NCBI GenBank assembly: GCA_934129745.1
Contig: CAKOWZ010000004.1
Coordinates: 10,334-74,333 of the forward strand
Direction of reading: 5' to 3'
From: an uncultured Clostridia bacterium
GTDB taxonomy: Bacteria > Bacillota > Clostridia > TANB77 > CAG-508
DNA length: 64,000 bases
Part shown: positions 1 to 10,014 of the stretch, piece by piece
How the letters are laid out: every line of letters starts with the position of its first letter
Position numbering within the stretch: the stretch's first letter is position 1
Notes under the pieces: model-generated
Database searches by the model: none
What the model was told of the DNA's origin: nothing
The model's input: the letters and a program-made list of their open reading frames with translations, nothing else
Position numbers and translations under genes: made by a program

Positions 1-635
1 AAAAATTAGGTGTTAAACCAAATGATAGTTTATTTTTTGTTGCTGACGAATTTGAAAAAGCTCAAAAAATAGCTGGACAAGTTAGAATTGAATTAGGAAA
101 TAGATTAGATTTATTAGAAAAAAATATATACAGATTCTGTTTAGTAGTAGATTTTCCAATGTATGAATTAACAGAACAAGAAGTAAATGGAGAAATTATT
201 CAAAAAATTGATTTTAATCATAATCCATTTTCAATGCCACAAGGTGGAATGGAAGCTTTATTAAATAAAGATCCATTAGATATTTTAGCATATCAATTTG
301 ATGTTGTATGTAATGGTTATGAAATGGCTTCAGGCGCTGTTAGAAATCATGATATTGAAATTATGAAAAAAGCATTTGAAATTGCTGGATATACAGAACA
401 AGATGTAGAAACTAGATTTGGTGCTTTATATAAAGCTTTCCAATATGGAACACCTCCACATGCAGGTGGTGCACCAGGATTAGATAGAATGATAATGTTA
501 ATTGCTGATTCACAAAATATTAGAGAAGTTATTGCATTCCCTAAAAATAAAAAAGCAAGAGATGTTTTAATGGGAGCTCCTTCAATTGTTTCAGAACAAC
601 AATTAAAAGATGTTCATGTAAAAATAACAGAGTAA
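1..635 (+). CDS. aspS: aspartyl-tRNA synthetase, C-terminal part (5' end lies outside the window)
   Basis: The translation has the class II aaRS catalytic-core C-terminus (FDVVCNGYEMASGAVRNHD, GTPPHAGGAPGLDRMIMLI, AFPK). The frame is open to the window edge and stops at 633-635. Confidence 0.9.
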   Translation, partial: KLGVKPNDSLFFVADEFEKAQKIAGQVRIELGNRLDLLEKNIYRFCLVVDFPMYELTEQEVNGEIIQKIDFNHNPFSMPQGGMEALLNKDPLDILAYQFDVVCNGYEMASGAVRNHDIEIMKKAFEIAGYTEQDVETRFGALYKAFQYGTPPHAGGAPGLDRMIMLIADSQNIREVIAFPKNKKARDVLMGAPSIVSEQQLKDVHVKITE

Positions 636-689
636 AATAATTGTGAAAAGTAAATAAAACAAACTAGCAAATCAAAAAATTAAATGTGC

Positions 690-753
690 AAAACAAATAA
701 GAACAGAAAAATTTTACAATAAATTATTCAGTTCTTGTTTGTTTTATTTTTTT
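690..753 (+). terminator. Rho-independent terminator after aspS
   Basis: A 15-bp stem (aaaacaaataagaac / gttcttgtttgtttt, one G-U pair) is followed by a T-run. Confidence 0.5.
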
Positions 754-863
754 CATATTTTTATCAAATTCACTTGTTGAAACATAACATATATGATAGA
801 ATTACATCAGTAATGTCGAAAAATGACAATTTTTAAATTATTAAGAAAAAAAGGGGAAAAATT

Positions 864-2072
864 ATGAGTTACAAACAAAAGGAAAGAACAAGTTCACCAA
901 GAAAAACACTTACTAGGGAGTTTGAAGAAGAATATGGAACAGTATCTTCTGAAATCAAAAACAGAACAAATAGTAGAACAGCAAATAATAAATCAGTAAA
1001 AAGAGAAAATCCTAGTCAAAAAATAAGCACAGGTAAAAAATTTGCTTCAATATTTGGAAAAACATTGGCAATAATTTCGGTTACATTAGTATCAATATTA
1101 TTAACATTAATTATGATGTTTTTTTTAATATGTCATGGACCATCAGAAAAAGCTACAGAATTATTTGCAACAACTTTTCTGGAAACTGGTCAAATGAAAT
1201 TTATTGTTTCAATGTTTTTATCAAATGAAAGAATTCAAGAGATTGTATCAAATAATTCAATGACAGAAATGACTGCAGAAGTTAATACAGATATGATAAG
1301 TATAAATGAAACAAAAGAAAATACAAATCAACCAGATATTGAATTAAAACAAATATCAGGAAGTACATTTTCAGCTAAAATGTTGATTATAAAAGACCCA
1401 TCAAGAGTAAAACTTGCAACAACATATCCATGGGGAGAATATGGTCAAGAACTTGATAAATTAGTAAAAAATTCAGGTGCTGTTGCCGGTGTAAATGGTG
1501 GTTTATATGTATCTGATAGTAATAAAGGTGGAAAACCATTGGGACTTGTAGTTTGTGATGGTCAAATACAATATAATAATCCAACAGGATATGCTGGTTT
1601 ACAATTAATTGGTTTTGATGAAACAAATATTTTAAGAATTATCAATTTAGAGGGAATGAATGCTTCACAAGTTGAAAAACTCGTAAAAGATGAAAAAATT
1701 CGTGATGCAGTTGTTTTTCAAGAAGAAAGCAGTGATAAAAATAACCATTTTGTAAAACTTATTATAAATGGTGAAGCTAGACAAATGAATGGAAGTGGAA
1801 GTGGTGCAAATCCTAGAACTGTAATTGGTCAAAGAAAAGATGGAACAGTTTTATTATTAGTAACAGATGGTAGAGGTGCTTCAGGTCATTTAGGTGCAAC
1901 AGCTTCAGATTTAATTGATATAATGAAAGAATATGGTGCTGTAAATGCTGCAAATTTAGATGGTGGAAGTTCATCAAGTATGTATTATAATGATAATTAT
2001 GAAATGACAAGTGTTACTTTATATTATTCAAATTCTTCATGGAAATTACCAACAGCTTTTGTTGTTAAATAG
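864..2072 (+). CDS. membrane-anchored phosphodiester glycosidase family protein (DUF2233 / NAGPA-like)
   Basis: Basic N-terminus, one TM helix, then a C-terminal domain with GVNGGLY and ANLDGGSSSSMYYN, motifs typical of this family. An RBS (aaagggg) lies upstream. Confidence 0.75.
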   Translation: MSYKQKERTSSPRKTLTREFEEEYGTVSSEIKNRTNSRTANNKSVKRENPSQKISTGKKFASIFGKTLAIISVTLVSILLTLIMMFFLICHGPSEKATELFATTFLETGQMKFIVSMFLSNERIQEIVSNNSMTEMTAEVNTDMISINETKENTNQPDIELKQISGSTFSAKMLIIKDPSRVKLATTYPWGEYGQELDKLVKNSGAVAGVNGGLYVSDSNKGGKPLGLVVCDGQIQYNNPTGYAGLQLIGFDETNILRIINLEGMNASQVEKLVKDEKIRDAVVFQEESSDKNNHFVKLIINGEARQMNGSGSGANPRTVIGQRKDGTVLLLVTDGRGASGHLGATASDLIDIMKEYGAVNAANLDGGSSSSMYYNDNYEMTSVTLYYSNSSWKLPTAFVVK

Positions 2073-2088
2073 GAGAAATTTATGAAAA

Positions 2089-3321
2089 GTGAAAAATTCT
2101 AATACAAAGAAAAATCAACATAAGGAAGGAAAAATAAAAATGGGGAAAAACAAAAAAACAAAATTTAGAAGTTTTATGAAAAAATATATTATTGTATTAT
2201 GTATTTTAGCAGTAATATTTTTAGCATATGTAATGAACACTTTATATCAATATGAAGATTCATTTACAGATACATACATGAATTCATATATTACAGATTT
2301 ATCAGAATCAGCTAAAAGTGGCAAAATAGATAAATATTGTAATTTTGAAAATATTCAAGTTAATGAATTTGAAACAAATAAAGATGGTGCAAAACAATCT
2401 TTAGAAAATATAATAAAAACATCAAATATAAGTTATAAATTAGAAGATGCTAATAAAACAACACAAGAACCAGTATATGGAATTTATGCAAATGATCAAA
2501 AAATAATGGATGTAACATTAAGTGTAAAAAAACAAAATAAAAGATTGAGTTTATTTACATATCCAACATGGCAAGTAAAACAAACAAATGTAAATAGTGG
2601 AAGAGGTATGTTTTATTATGATATTTTAGTTCCAAGTAATTATACAGTTACTGTAAATTCAAATAAATTATCAGAAAAAAATATATCTGAGACAAAAACA
2701 GATGAAGATTATGAAATTTTAGCTAAATATGCAAATTTACCTAAAATGGTAAATTATAAATTAGATAATTTTGTTACAAATCCAGAAATAAAAATTTCTG
2801 ATGAAAATGGAAAAGAAGTTAAATTTTCAGTAAATAATCATAAAATAGAATTAAGTTCATTACATAAATCTGTAAATACATATGATGAAGCAAAACAATA
2901 TTTACAAGCAGAAATTGATGTATTAGAATTAGCTAAAAAATGGAGCTTATTTTTAACAGATGATTTAACTGGACCAAGACATGGATTTAATGAATTAAGT
3001 AATTCATTAGTTAAAGATACTGAATTATATAATATGGCATATAGTTGGGCAACAAGTGTAGATATTACATTTACAAGTAAACATACATTCAAAAATCCAG
3101 CTTTCACAAATACTAGTGTAAAAGATTTTGAAATATATGGGAAAAATGCATTTTCATGTACAGTTTATTTAGAAAAAAATATGTTAATTGCTAATGGAAA
3201 TGATAAAATTGATGTTATGCATGATAAATTATATTTTGCATATATAGATGATACAAAAGATGGTAAAGATAATCCACAATGGAAAATGGTTGCAATGAAA
3301 GCTGTAACAGATAATAAATAA
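2089..3321 (+). CDS. hypothetical membrane-anchored protein (single N-terminal TM, large extracytoplasmic part)
   Basis: Long ORF with native codon bias, tightly packed after the previous gene. The start is uncertain (an in-frame ATG at about 2137 is also possible). No family recognised. Confidence 0.6.
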   Translation: MKNSNTKKNQHKEGKIKMGKNKKTKFRSFMKKYIIVLCILAVIFLAYVMNTLYQYEDSFTDTYMNSYITDLSESAKSGKIDKYCNFENIQVNEFETNKDGAKQSLENIIKTSNISYKLEDANKTTQEPVYGIYANDQKIMDVTLSVKKQNKRLSLFTYPTWQVKQTNVNSGRGMFYYDILVPSNYTVTVNSNKLSEKNISETKTDEDYEILAKYANLPKMVNYKLDNFVTNPEIKISDENGKEVKFSVNNHKIELSSLHKSVNTYDEAKQYLQAEIDVLELAKKWSLFLTDDLTGPRHGFNELSNSLVKDTELYNMAYSWATSVDITFTSKHTFKNPAFTNTSVKDFEIYGKNAFSCTVYLEKNMLIANGNDKIDVMHDKLYFAYIDDTKDGKDNPQWKMVAMKAVTDNK

Positions 3322-3366
3322 GATTTATGTTATAAAAATCTTTAGAGAAAGGAGTGTATAAAATAT

Positions 3367-4461
3367 TTGGTTTTTATATCAAATATTTTATACAAAAAGA
3401 AAATGATAAATGATGTATGTTTAATCATACCTGCATATAATCCTGATGAACAATTATTTATAGATTTTTTAGGAAAGGCAATACGAAATTTTTATAATAT
3501 TATTGTTATAGATGATGGCAGTGATGAAGAATATAAAAATATTTTTGATAAAATTCATATTAGATTTCCAAAAATAAAAATATTGGAACATGGGGTAAAT
3601 CTTGGAAAAGGAAGAGCTTTAAAAACTGCATTTAATTATTATTTAAACAAATATTCAGATTGTATAGGTGTTGTTCAAGCAGATTGTGATGGACAACATG
3701 ATATAGATGATGTTGTGAAATGTGCTAGAAAACTATATTTTGAACCTGATAAATTTATTTTAGGTGTACGTGATTTTTCATCAGATGATGTTCCTAAAAA
3801 AAGTAAATATGGAAATAATATTACAAAATATGTGTTTAAATTATTTATTGGAATAAATATTTCAGATACTCAAACAGGATTACGTGCAATGTCTAATAAA
3901 CTTATAAAAATATTTTTATCAATTAAAGGAGAAAGATATGAATATGAGACAAATGTTTTAATTGAATGTAAAGAAAAAAATATAGAAATATCAGAGGTTC
4001 CAATAAAAACAATTTATATTGAAAAAAATCAAACAAGTAAATTCAATCCACTTAAGGATTCTCTAATGATTTATAAATTGTTTGGAAAATATATTTTTGC
4101 GTCACTTAGTGCTTTTGTAATAGATATAATTTTGTTTAATTTATTTATTGTATTAGTAAATAATATTGAATTTTCATATAAAATTGTTGTAGCAACAATT
4201 TTGGCTAGAATTATCTCATCATTATATAATTTTAAAATTAATGCAAAAATGGTATTTAAAAACATGAATAAAAATTCTTTTATAAAATATGTAATTTTAG
4301 TATTAATTCAAATGATGGTTTCAGCATTTAGTGTGCAATTTTTAAGCAGGGTTTTACCAATAAATACTACAGTAATTAAGATTATTGTTGATGCAATTAT
4401 TTTTATGGTTAATTTTGTTGTACAAAGAGAAATTGTTTTTAAAAATAAGAAAAAAATTTAG
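3367..4461 (+). CDS. family-2 glycosyltransferase fused to a GtrA-like membrane domain
   Basis: N-terminal GT-A fold motifs (IIPAYNP, VIDDGSDE, QADCDGQHD, LRA). The C-terminal roughly 130 aa is a 4-TM GtrA-like region. Confidence 0.85.
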   Translation: MVFISNILYKKKMINDVCLIIPAYNPDEQLFIDFLGKAIRNFYNIIVIDDGSDEEYKNIFDKIHIRFPKIKILEHGVNLGKGRALKTAFNYYLNKYSDCIGVVQADCDGQHDIDDVVKCARKLYFEPDKFILGVRDFSSDDVPKKSKYGNNITKYVFKLFIGINISDTQTGLRAMSNKLIKIFLSIKGERYEYETNVLIECKEKNIEISEVPIKTIYIEKNQTSKFNPLKDSLMIYKLFGKYIFASLSAFVIDIILFNLFIVLVNNIEFSYKIVVATILARIISSLYNFKINAKMVFKNMNKNSFIKYVILVLIQMMVSAFSVQFLSRVLPINTTVIKIIVDAIIFMVNFVVQREIVFKNKKKI

Positions 4462-4496
4462 AAAATTTTGATATATGATATAGAAAGTATTGATAT

Positions 4497-5150
4497 ATGA
4501 TAAAAAGAAAGGAACAGAATATGAAAAAATATTTGAATTATGGAATAGCTGGAATATTATTTATACTAACAGCTATTATAATGGTGTTTATTAATAATGG
4601 AAGTATAGTAAGTTTTGATAATAAAATATATAGTATAGTAACAAATACAACAAATGTTTTTTTAGATAATATGTTTTTATTATTTACATTTTTTGCAAGT
4701 ACTAAATTTGTAATTGGAGCATGTGTTGCACTTTTAATTTTTATGAAAAATAAAAAAAATGCTGGAATCATGGTAGGAAGTGTTATAATCTCAACAATTA
4801 CTAATGTTATTATAAAAAATATATTTAAAAGACCACGACCAAATGTTAGAAGACTAGTAATAGAAAAATCTTTTAGTTTCCCAAGTGGACATACAATGGC
4901 AAGTGTTACTTTATATGGAATTTTGATTTTCTTTATTTTAAAATCAAATTTAAATAAAACAGCTAAAACTATATTATCAATATTATTAGGCTTAATGCCA
5001 ATTTGTGTTGCAATCAGTAGAATCTATCTAGGTGCACACTTTGCAAGTGATGTTATTGGTGGTGCATTTATAGCCAGTGGTTTATTATTATGTGAGGTTA
5101 CAATTATCGGGCAATTGGGGACGCGTCCTAATTGCTCAAATGAACAATAG
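4497..5150 (+). CDS. PAP2-family lipid phosphate phosphatase (undecaprenyl-PP / phosphatidate phosphatase-like)
   Basis: PAP2 motifs KxxxxxxRP (KNIFKRPRP), PSGH (SFPSGHTMAS) and SRxxxxxHxxxD (SRIYLGAHFASDV). The likely start is the ATG at 4521. The last roughly 13 codons are encoded by the palindromic repeat element. Confidence 0.85.
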   Translation: MIKRKEQNMKKYLNYGIAGILFILTAIIMVFINNGSIVSFDNKIYSIVTNTTNVFLDNMFLLFTFFASTKFVIGACVALLIFMKNKKNAGIMVGSVIISTITNVIIKNIFKRPRPNVRRLVIEKSFSFPSGHTMASVTLYGILIFFILKSNLNKTAKTILSILLGLMPICVAISRIYLGAHFASDVIGGAFIASGLLLCEVTIIGQLGTRPNCSNEQ

Positions 5151-5167
5151 GGACGCGTCCCCAATTG
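5112..5167. repeat. palindromic repeat element, two-unit copy (CAATTGGGGACGCGTCC...GGACGCGTCCCCAATTG)
   Basis: 17-nt arms in inverted orientation around a 22-nt spacer. Same family as 9731, 22418 and 59681. Confidence 0.85.
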
Positions 5168-5189
5168 TTCAAGGAAAGCTGGAAATAGG

Positions 5190-8100
5190 ATGAGTGAAAT
5201 AACAGAAAAATTAATTCAAGATATTTTTGCTGATTTTAAGCAAGGTGGGAATTTATTGAAATCAGTGATTAAAAAAATTAACTTATATAAAAAAACTAAT
5301 AGGTTTGAGATTTTGCTTCAATCAGATTTACCAATAGATATAAAAGAGGTTCATAATTTTGAAATATATCTAATGGAAAGGTTTAAATTTGAAGTTGTTA
5401 TTATTAAAATTGAATATACAGAACAACCAGATATTGATATTGTTTCTAAATGGGAGGATATTATTAATTATATGTCTTTTAAATATCCATCAGTTAAGGC
5501 GATTTTGAGGAATTCTGTTATTGAATTTGAGAATGATAATAAAACAATAAAAGTAAATCTTCAATTAAAGGGTTCTGAGATTTTGTATGCAAGGGGTATT
5601 GATAAAACATTTTCTGAGATAATTTATAATATTTATGGAAAAAGATTTTTGATAAAATATTTTGATAATGAGTCAAAAGAAAGAGTGGAACAATATAAGG
5701 AAAATGCTAGAAGGCTTGAAGAAGAGGCTATTAGAAAGGCAAATCAGGAGGCTGTTGCACAACGTAGAGAGTCTATGGCTGAGGAAAGAAAACAGGTTGA
5801 AGCTAGAGAACAGGAATTATTGGCTAGAAGAAATGGTTCACAAAATGGAAACTCTAATGGGACAAGTGGAAGTAAAGGTCAAGGGGAAAATACTGGAAAC
5901 GTTAGAAATTCTGGAAATGCTGGAGGTAATGGAAGTGTTGGAAATAAATCATCAATTCAGCAGATAGCGCCACCACCACCTCCTTTACCACCACAAACAG
6001 ATGATGAAGAATCTCCTTTAATTTATGGAAGAAATACAAATATAAAAGATCCATTATTAAAAGTTGTTGATTTATCAATAGATACAGGAAAAGCATGTAT
6101 TGATGGTGAGATTGTAAATATAGGAGAAGTTCGTGAATTAAAAACAGGAAAATTTTTAATTCCATTTGATGTTTATGATGGTTCAAGTACAATTACATGT
6201 AAAATTTTTGCTAAACCAGAAGAAAATAAACAAATAATGAAAAGACTTAAAAACGCTGCAGGAGTAAGAGTAGCTGCTAATGTACAATTTGATCCATTTG
6301 CAAAAGAGTTAGGGGCAATTGCAAATACAGTTATAGAAACGCAAGGAATGAAAAAAGTTTCTAGAAAAGATGAAAGCCCAGTAAAAAGAGTTGAATTACA
6401 TATGCATACACAAATGAGTCAAATGGATGCAATGACATCTGCAAAAGATTTAATAAAAAGAGCTATGAAATGGGGAATGAAATCAATTGCAATAACTGAT
6501 CATGGTGTTGTTCAAGCATTTCCAGAAGCACATAAATTATTAGGTTTTAATAATCCAGACATGAAAATAATTTATGGTGTTGAAGCATATTTAGTTCCAG
6601 ATAAAACACCAATAGTATCATGTTCAAAAGGTCAAGATATTGATACAACATATTGTGTACTTGATTTAGAAACAACAGGTCTTTCATTTAGAACAGACAA
6701 AATTACTGAAGTTGGAATTATGAAAGTAAAAAATGGTGAAGTAATTGATGAATTTAGTTGTTTTGTAAATCCAGAAAAACCAATACCACCAGAAGTTGTA
6801 AAAGTTACAAATATAACAGATGATATGGTAAAAGATGCAGAAACAATTGATAAAGTATTTCCAAAAATTCTAGAATTTATAGGTGATTCAGTTTTAGTTG
6901 CACATAATGCAGATTTTGATATTCCATTTTTAAAATATCATGGGAATTTACTAGGTTATGAATTAAATAATACATATATGGATACTTTAAGACTTGCAAA
7001 AGCCTTATTTCCGCAATTTACAAAATATAAATTAGGTTTTATTGCAGATAAATTAGGAATAAAAGTAGATGTAGCACATAGAGCTTTAGATGATGTTGAC
7101 ACAACAGTAAAGGTTTTAAATGTTATGATGGGAATGTTAAAAGAAAAAGGTGCTAAAACAATTGATGATATTGATGTTGTAACAGATAAAGATGAATCAA
7201 AAGAAATGTATAAAAAATTACCAACATATCATGCAATAATTCTTGCAAAAAATTATGTAGGATTAAAAAATTTATATAAATTAGTATCAATTTCACATTT
7301 ACATTATTTTTACAGAAAACCACGTATATTAAAATCTTTATATAGAAAATATTCAGAAGGATTAATATTAGGAAGTGCTTGTGAAGCTGGTGAATTATAT
7401 AGAGCAATTATTGGTGGAAAAACAGAAGATGAAATTGAACAAATTGCATCAGATTATGATTATCTAGAAATTCAGCCAACAGGAAATAATATGTTTATGG
7501 TAAGAAATGGCACAGTTCCTGATGTTAAAGCATTAGAAGATATTAATAGAAAAATAGTTGATTTAGGTGAAAAACTTGGAAAACCAGTTGTTGCAACATG
7601 TGATGTTCATTTTATGGACCCTCAAGATGAAGTTTATAGACGTATTTTAATGGCTGGTCAGGGATTTGAAGATGCTGATGAACAGGCACCTTTATATTTA
7701 AGAACAACTGAAGAAATGCTTAAAGAATTTCAATATTTAGGGGAGAAAAAAGCATATGAAGTTGTTGTTGAAAATACAAATAAAATTTCTGATATGTGTG
7801 AAAGAATAAGTCCAATATCACCAGAAAAATGTCCTCCATATATTGATAATTGTGAACAAACAATCAAAGATATTGCATATAATAAAGCACATGAATTATA
7901 TGGTGATCCATTACCAGATATTGTTCAAGAAAGATTAGATAAAGAGCTTGATTCAATTATAAAAAATGGATTCTCAGTTATGTATATCATAGCACAAAAA
8001 TTAGTATGGAAATCTAATGAAGATGGATATTTGGTTGGTTCAAGAGGTTCTGTTGGATCATCATTTGTTGCTAATATGACTGGTATTACAGAAGTTAATT

Positions 8101-9725
8101 CATTACCACCACATTATAGATGCCCAAATTGCAAACATTCCGATTTTACAGATTATGGCTATAAAAATGGTTTTGATTTACCAGATAAAATTTGTCCAAA
8201 ATGTGGCACAAAATATGATAAAGATGGAATGGATATTCCATTTGAAACATTCCTTGGATTTAATGGTGATAAAGAGCCTGATATTGACTTAAACTTTTCT
8301 GGAGAATATCAAGCAAAAGCACATAAATATACAGAAGTAATTTTTGGAAAAGGAACAACTTTTAAAGCTGGAACAGTTGGTACAGTTGCTGATAAAACTG
8401 CATATGGATATGTTCAAAAATATTTTGAAGAAAGGGGAATACCAGCAAGCCGTGCGGAAATTTCTAGATTATCACAAGGATGTACAGGAATAAAAAGAAC
8501 AACAGGACAACATCCAGGTGGAATTATTGTTGTTCCAAAAGGAAGAGAAATTTATGAATTTACTCCAATTCAGCATCCAGCAGATGATCCAAATTCAGAT
8601 ATTATAACAACACATTTTGATTATCACTCAATTGACCAAAACCTTTTAAAATTAGATATTCTTGGTCATGATGATCCAACAATTATAAGGATGCTTCAAG
8701 ATATTACAGGTGTTGATCCACAAAAAATACCATTAGATGATCAAGAAACAATGTCTATTTTTTCATCAACAAAAGCATTGGGAATAACACCAGAACAAAT
8801 TAAGTCAACTGTTGGAAGCTTTGGTGTTCCAGAATTTGGAACAAAATTTGTAAGAGGAATGCTTGTTGATACAAAACCAACAACATTTGATGAATTAATA
8901 CGTATTTCAGGATTATCACATGGTACAGATGTGTGGTTAGGAAATGCTCAAAGTTTAATTGAAGATGGAACTGTTACATTAAATGAGGCAATTTGCTGTA
9001 GGGATGATATTATGATTTATCTAATAAAAAAAGGATTACCACCAAACCATGCTTTTAAAATAATGGAAACAGTTCGTAAAGGAAAAGCTTTGAAAGACCC
9101 TGCAAAATGGGCAGAATATAAAGAATTAATGAAAGAACACGATGTTCCAGCTTGGTATATAAAATCTTGTGAAAAAATTAAATACATGTTCCCAAAAGCA
9201 CATGCTGCAGCATATGTAACAATGGCTTTTAGAATTGCATGGTTTAAAGTACATATTCCAAAAGCATATTATTCAGCATATTTTTCAATAAGAGCTAAAC
9301 AATTTGATAGTGAAATAATGTGTCATGGAAAAGATCGTGTAAAAAATAAAATGAAAGAAATTGAACTTGCTGGAAATAGTGCTACAAACAAAGACCAAGA
9401 GATGTATCCTGTTTTGGAATTAGTATTGGAAATGTATGAAAGAGGTATAAATTTCTTACCAATAGATTTGTATAAATCACATAATTCTAAATTTATAATG
9501 GAAGATGAAGGAATTCGCCCACCATTAGATAGTATTCCAGGACTTGGTCCAATTGATGCTGAAAATATTTATAAAGCTCGTCAAGATGGGAAGTTTATGT
9601 CAATTGATGATTTGAAAATACGTTCTAAGGTTGGAAAGGTCGCTATTGAAACTATGAAAAGTGTTGGATTACTTGATGGTATGACTGAGAGTAATCAAAT
9701 GAGTTTGTTTACTACTTGGGGATAG
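5190..9725 (+). CDS. polC: DNA polymerase III PolC-type (PHP, 3'-5' exonuclease, polymerase core)
   Basis: Full-length match to PolC architecture: PHP (VELHMHTQMS), exonuclease (YCVLDLETTGLS, AHNADFDIPFL, HRALDDVDTT), Zn-finger (CPNCKHS...CPKCG) and polymerase core (GSRGSVGSSFVA, PDIDLNFS). Confidence 0.97.
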   Translation: MSEITEKLIQDIFADFKQGGNLLKSVIKKINLYKKTNRFEILLQSDLPIDIKEVHNFEIYLMERFKFEVVIIKIEYTEQPDIDIVSKWEDIINYMSFKYPSVKAILRNSVIEFENDNKTIKVNLQLKGSEILYARGIDKTFSEIIYNIYGKRFLIKYFDNESKERVEQYKENARRLEEEAIRKANQEAVAQRRESMAEERKQVEAREQELLARRNGSQNGNSNGTSGSKGQGENTGNVRNSGNAGGNGSVGNKSSIQQIAPPPPPLPPQTDDEESPLIYGRNTNIKDPLLKVVDLSIDTGKACIDGEIVNIGEVRELKTGKFLIPFDVYDGSSTITCKIFAKPEENKQIMKRLKNAAGVRVAANVQFDPFAKELGAIANTVIETQGMKKVSRKDESPVKRVELHMHTQMSQMDAMTSAKDLIKRAMKWGMKSIAITDHGVVQAFPEAHKLLGFNNPDMKIIYGVEAYLVPDKTPIVSCSKGQDIDTTYCVLDLETTGLSFRTDKITEVGIMKVKNGEVIDEFSCFVNPEKPIPPEVVKVTNITDDMVKDAETIDKVFPKILEFIGDSVLVAHNADFDIPFLKYHGNLLGYELNNTYMDTLRLAKALFPQFTKYKLGFIADKLGIKVDVAHRALDDVDTTVKVLNVMMGMLKEKGAKTIDDIDVVTDKDESKEMYKKLPTYHAIILAKNYVGLKNLYKLVSISHLHYFYRKPRILKSLYRKYSEGLILGSACEAGELYRAIIGGKTEDEIEQIASDYDYLEIQPTGNNMFMVRNGTVPDVKALEDINRKIVDLGEKLGKPVVATCDVHFMDPQDEVYRRILMAGQGFEDADEQAPLYLRTTEEMLKEFQYLGEKKAYEVVVENTNKISDMCERISPISPEKCPPYIDNCEQTIKDIAYNKAHELYGDPLPDIVQERLDKELDSIIKNGFSVMYIIAQKLVWKSNEDGYLVGSRGSVGSSFVANMTGITEVNSLPPHYRCPNCKHSDFTDYGYKNGFDLPDKICPKCGTKYDKDGMDIPFETFLGFNGDKEPDIDLNFSGEYQAKAHKYTEVIFGKGTTFKAGTVGTVADKTAYGYVQKYFEERGIPASRAEISRLSQGCTGIKRTTGQHPGGIIVVPKGREIYEFTPIQHPADDPNSDIITTHFDYHSIDQNLLKLDILGHDDPTIIRMLQDITGVDPQKIPLDDQETMSIFSSTKALGITPEQIKSTVGSFGVPEFGTKFVRGMLVDTKPTTFDELIRISGLSHGTDVWLGNAQSLIEDGTVTLNEAICCRDDIMIYLIKKGLPPNHAFKIMETVRKGKALKDPAKWAEYKELMKEHDVPAWYIKSCEKIKYMFPKAHAAAYVTMAFRIAWFKVHIPKAYYSAYFSIRAKQFDSEIMCHGKDRVKNKMKEIELAGNSATNKDQEMYPVLELVLEMYERGINFLPIDLYKSHNSKFIMEDEGIRPPLDSIPGLGPIDAENIYKARQDGKFMSIDDLKIRSKVGKVAIETMKSVGLLDGMTESNQMSLFTTWG

Positions 9726-9730
9726 GTTGG

Positions 9731-9754
9731 CAATTGGGGACGCGTCCCCAATTG
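9731..9754. repeat. palindromic repeat element, minimal perfect 24-bp palindrome CAATTGGGGACGCGTCCCCAATTG
   Basis: Perfectly self-complementary and 5 nt after the polC stop. It shares the CCCCAATTGTTCAA flank with the copy at 5150-5170. Confidence 0.9.
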
Positions 9755-9774
9755 TTCAAAAAAAACACCAGCAA

Positions 9775-10014
9775 TTATACGCCGGTGTTTTTGGGTGGTA
9801 TTACCCGAATCAGACAATCTCCATCCTGGATAATGTTGAGCTTTTCATTGCCGTATTTGTCGGTAACAATACAGGATTCGAGGTATTCTGGGGTATACAT
9901 TACTGTAAATGCTTCGCCAAGACGTTTGAAGTCTATGCTACCATTGGAAAGACGATGCACTTGGATAGAACTGATACCTAAACTCATTCCGTAATTGCTT
10001 AAAGATTGTGACAT
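9775..10014 (-). CDS. hypothetical small protein, possible HTH at the N-terminus, in a GC-richer segment
   Basis: 79-aa ORF with a strong RBS (the reverse complement of cctcc at about 10022-10026). The composition is clearly GC-richer than the neighbours. LGISSIQVHRLSNGS resembles an XRE-type recognition helix, but weakly. Confidence 0.55.
   Translation of the reverse strand: MSQSLSNYGMSLGISSIQVHRLSNGSIDFKRLGEAFTVMYTPEYLESCIVTDKYGNEKLNIIQDGDCLIRVIPPKNTGV

Noticed and set aside
1387-1626. Antisense and overlapping ORFs in the track. Examples are 1387-1626, 1813-2010, 2838-3107, 4071-4265, 5662-5967, 5902-6192, 7153-7407, 9716-9994, 13098-13337, 20551-20910, 23132-23485, 36225-36463, 54363-54572 and 59645-60034.
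   Set aside because: All lie inside or opposite well-supported genes. They have the L/F/I/H/Y-rich composition expected from reading AT-rich coding DNA out of frame, lack RBSs and show no recognisable motifs.
5112-5167. The palindromic elements contain stacked restriction sites (CAATTG, ACGCGT; GAATTC in the rnpB variant). I considered whether they are cloning scars or synthetic inserts.
   Set aside because: There are multiple diverged copies with different spacers and point differences. All sit at natural gene ends, and one forms part of a native ORF. This fits an endogenous repeat family better than an artefact.
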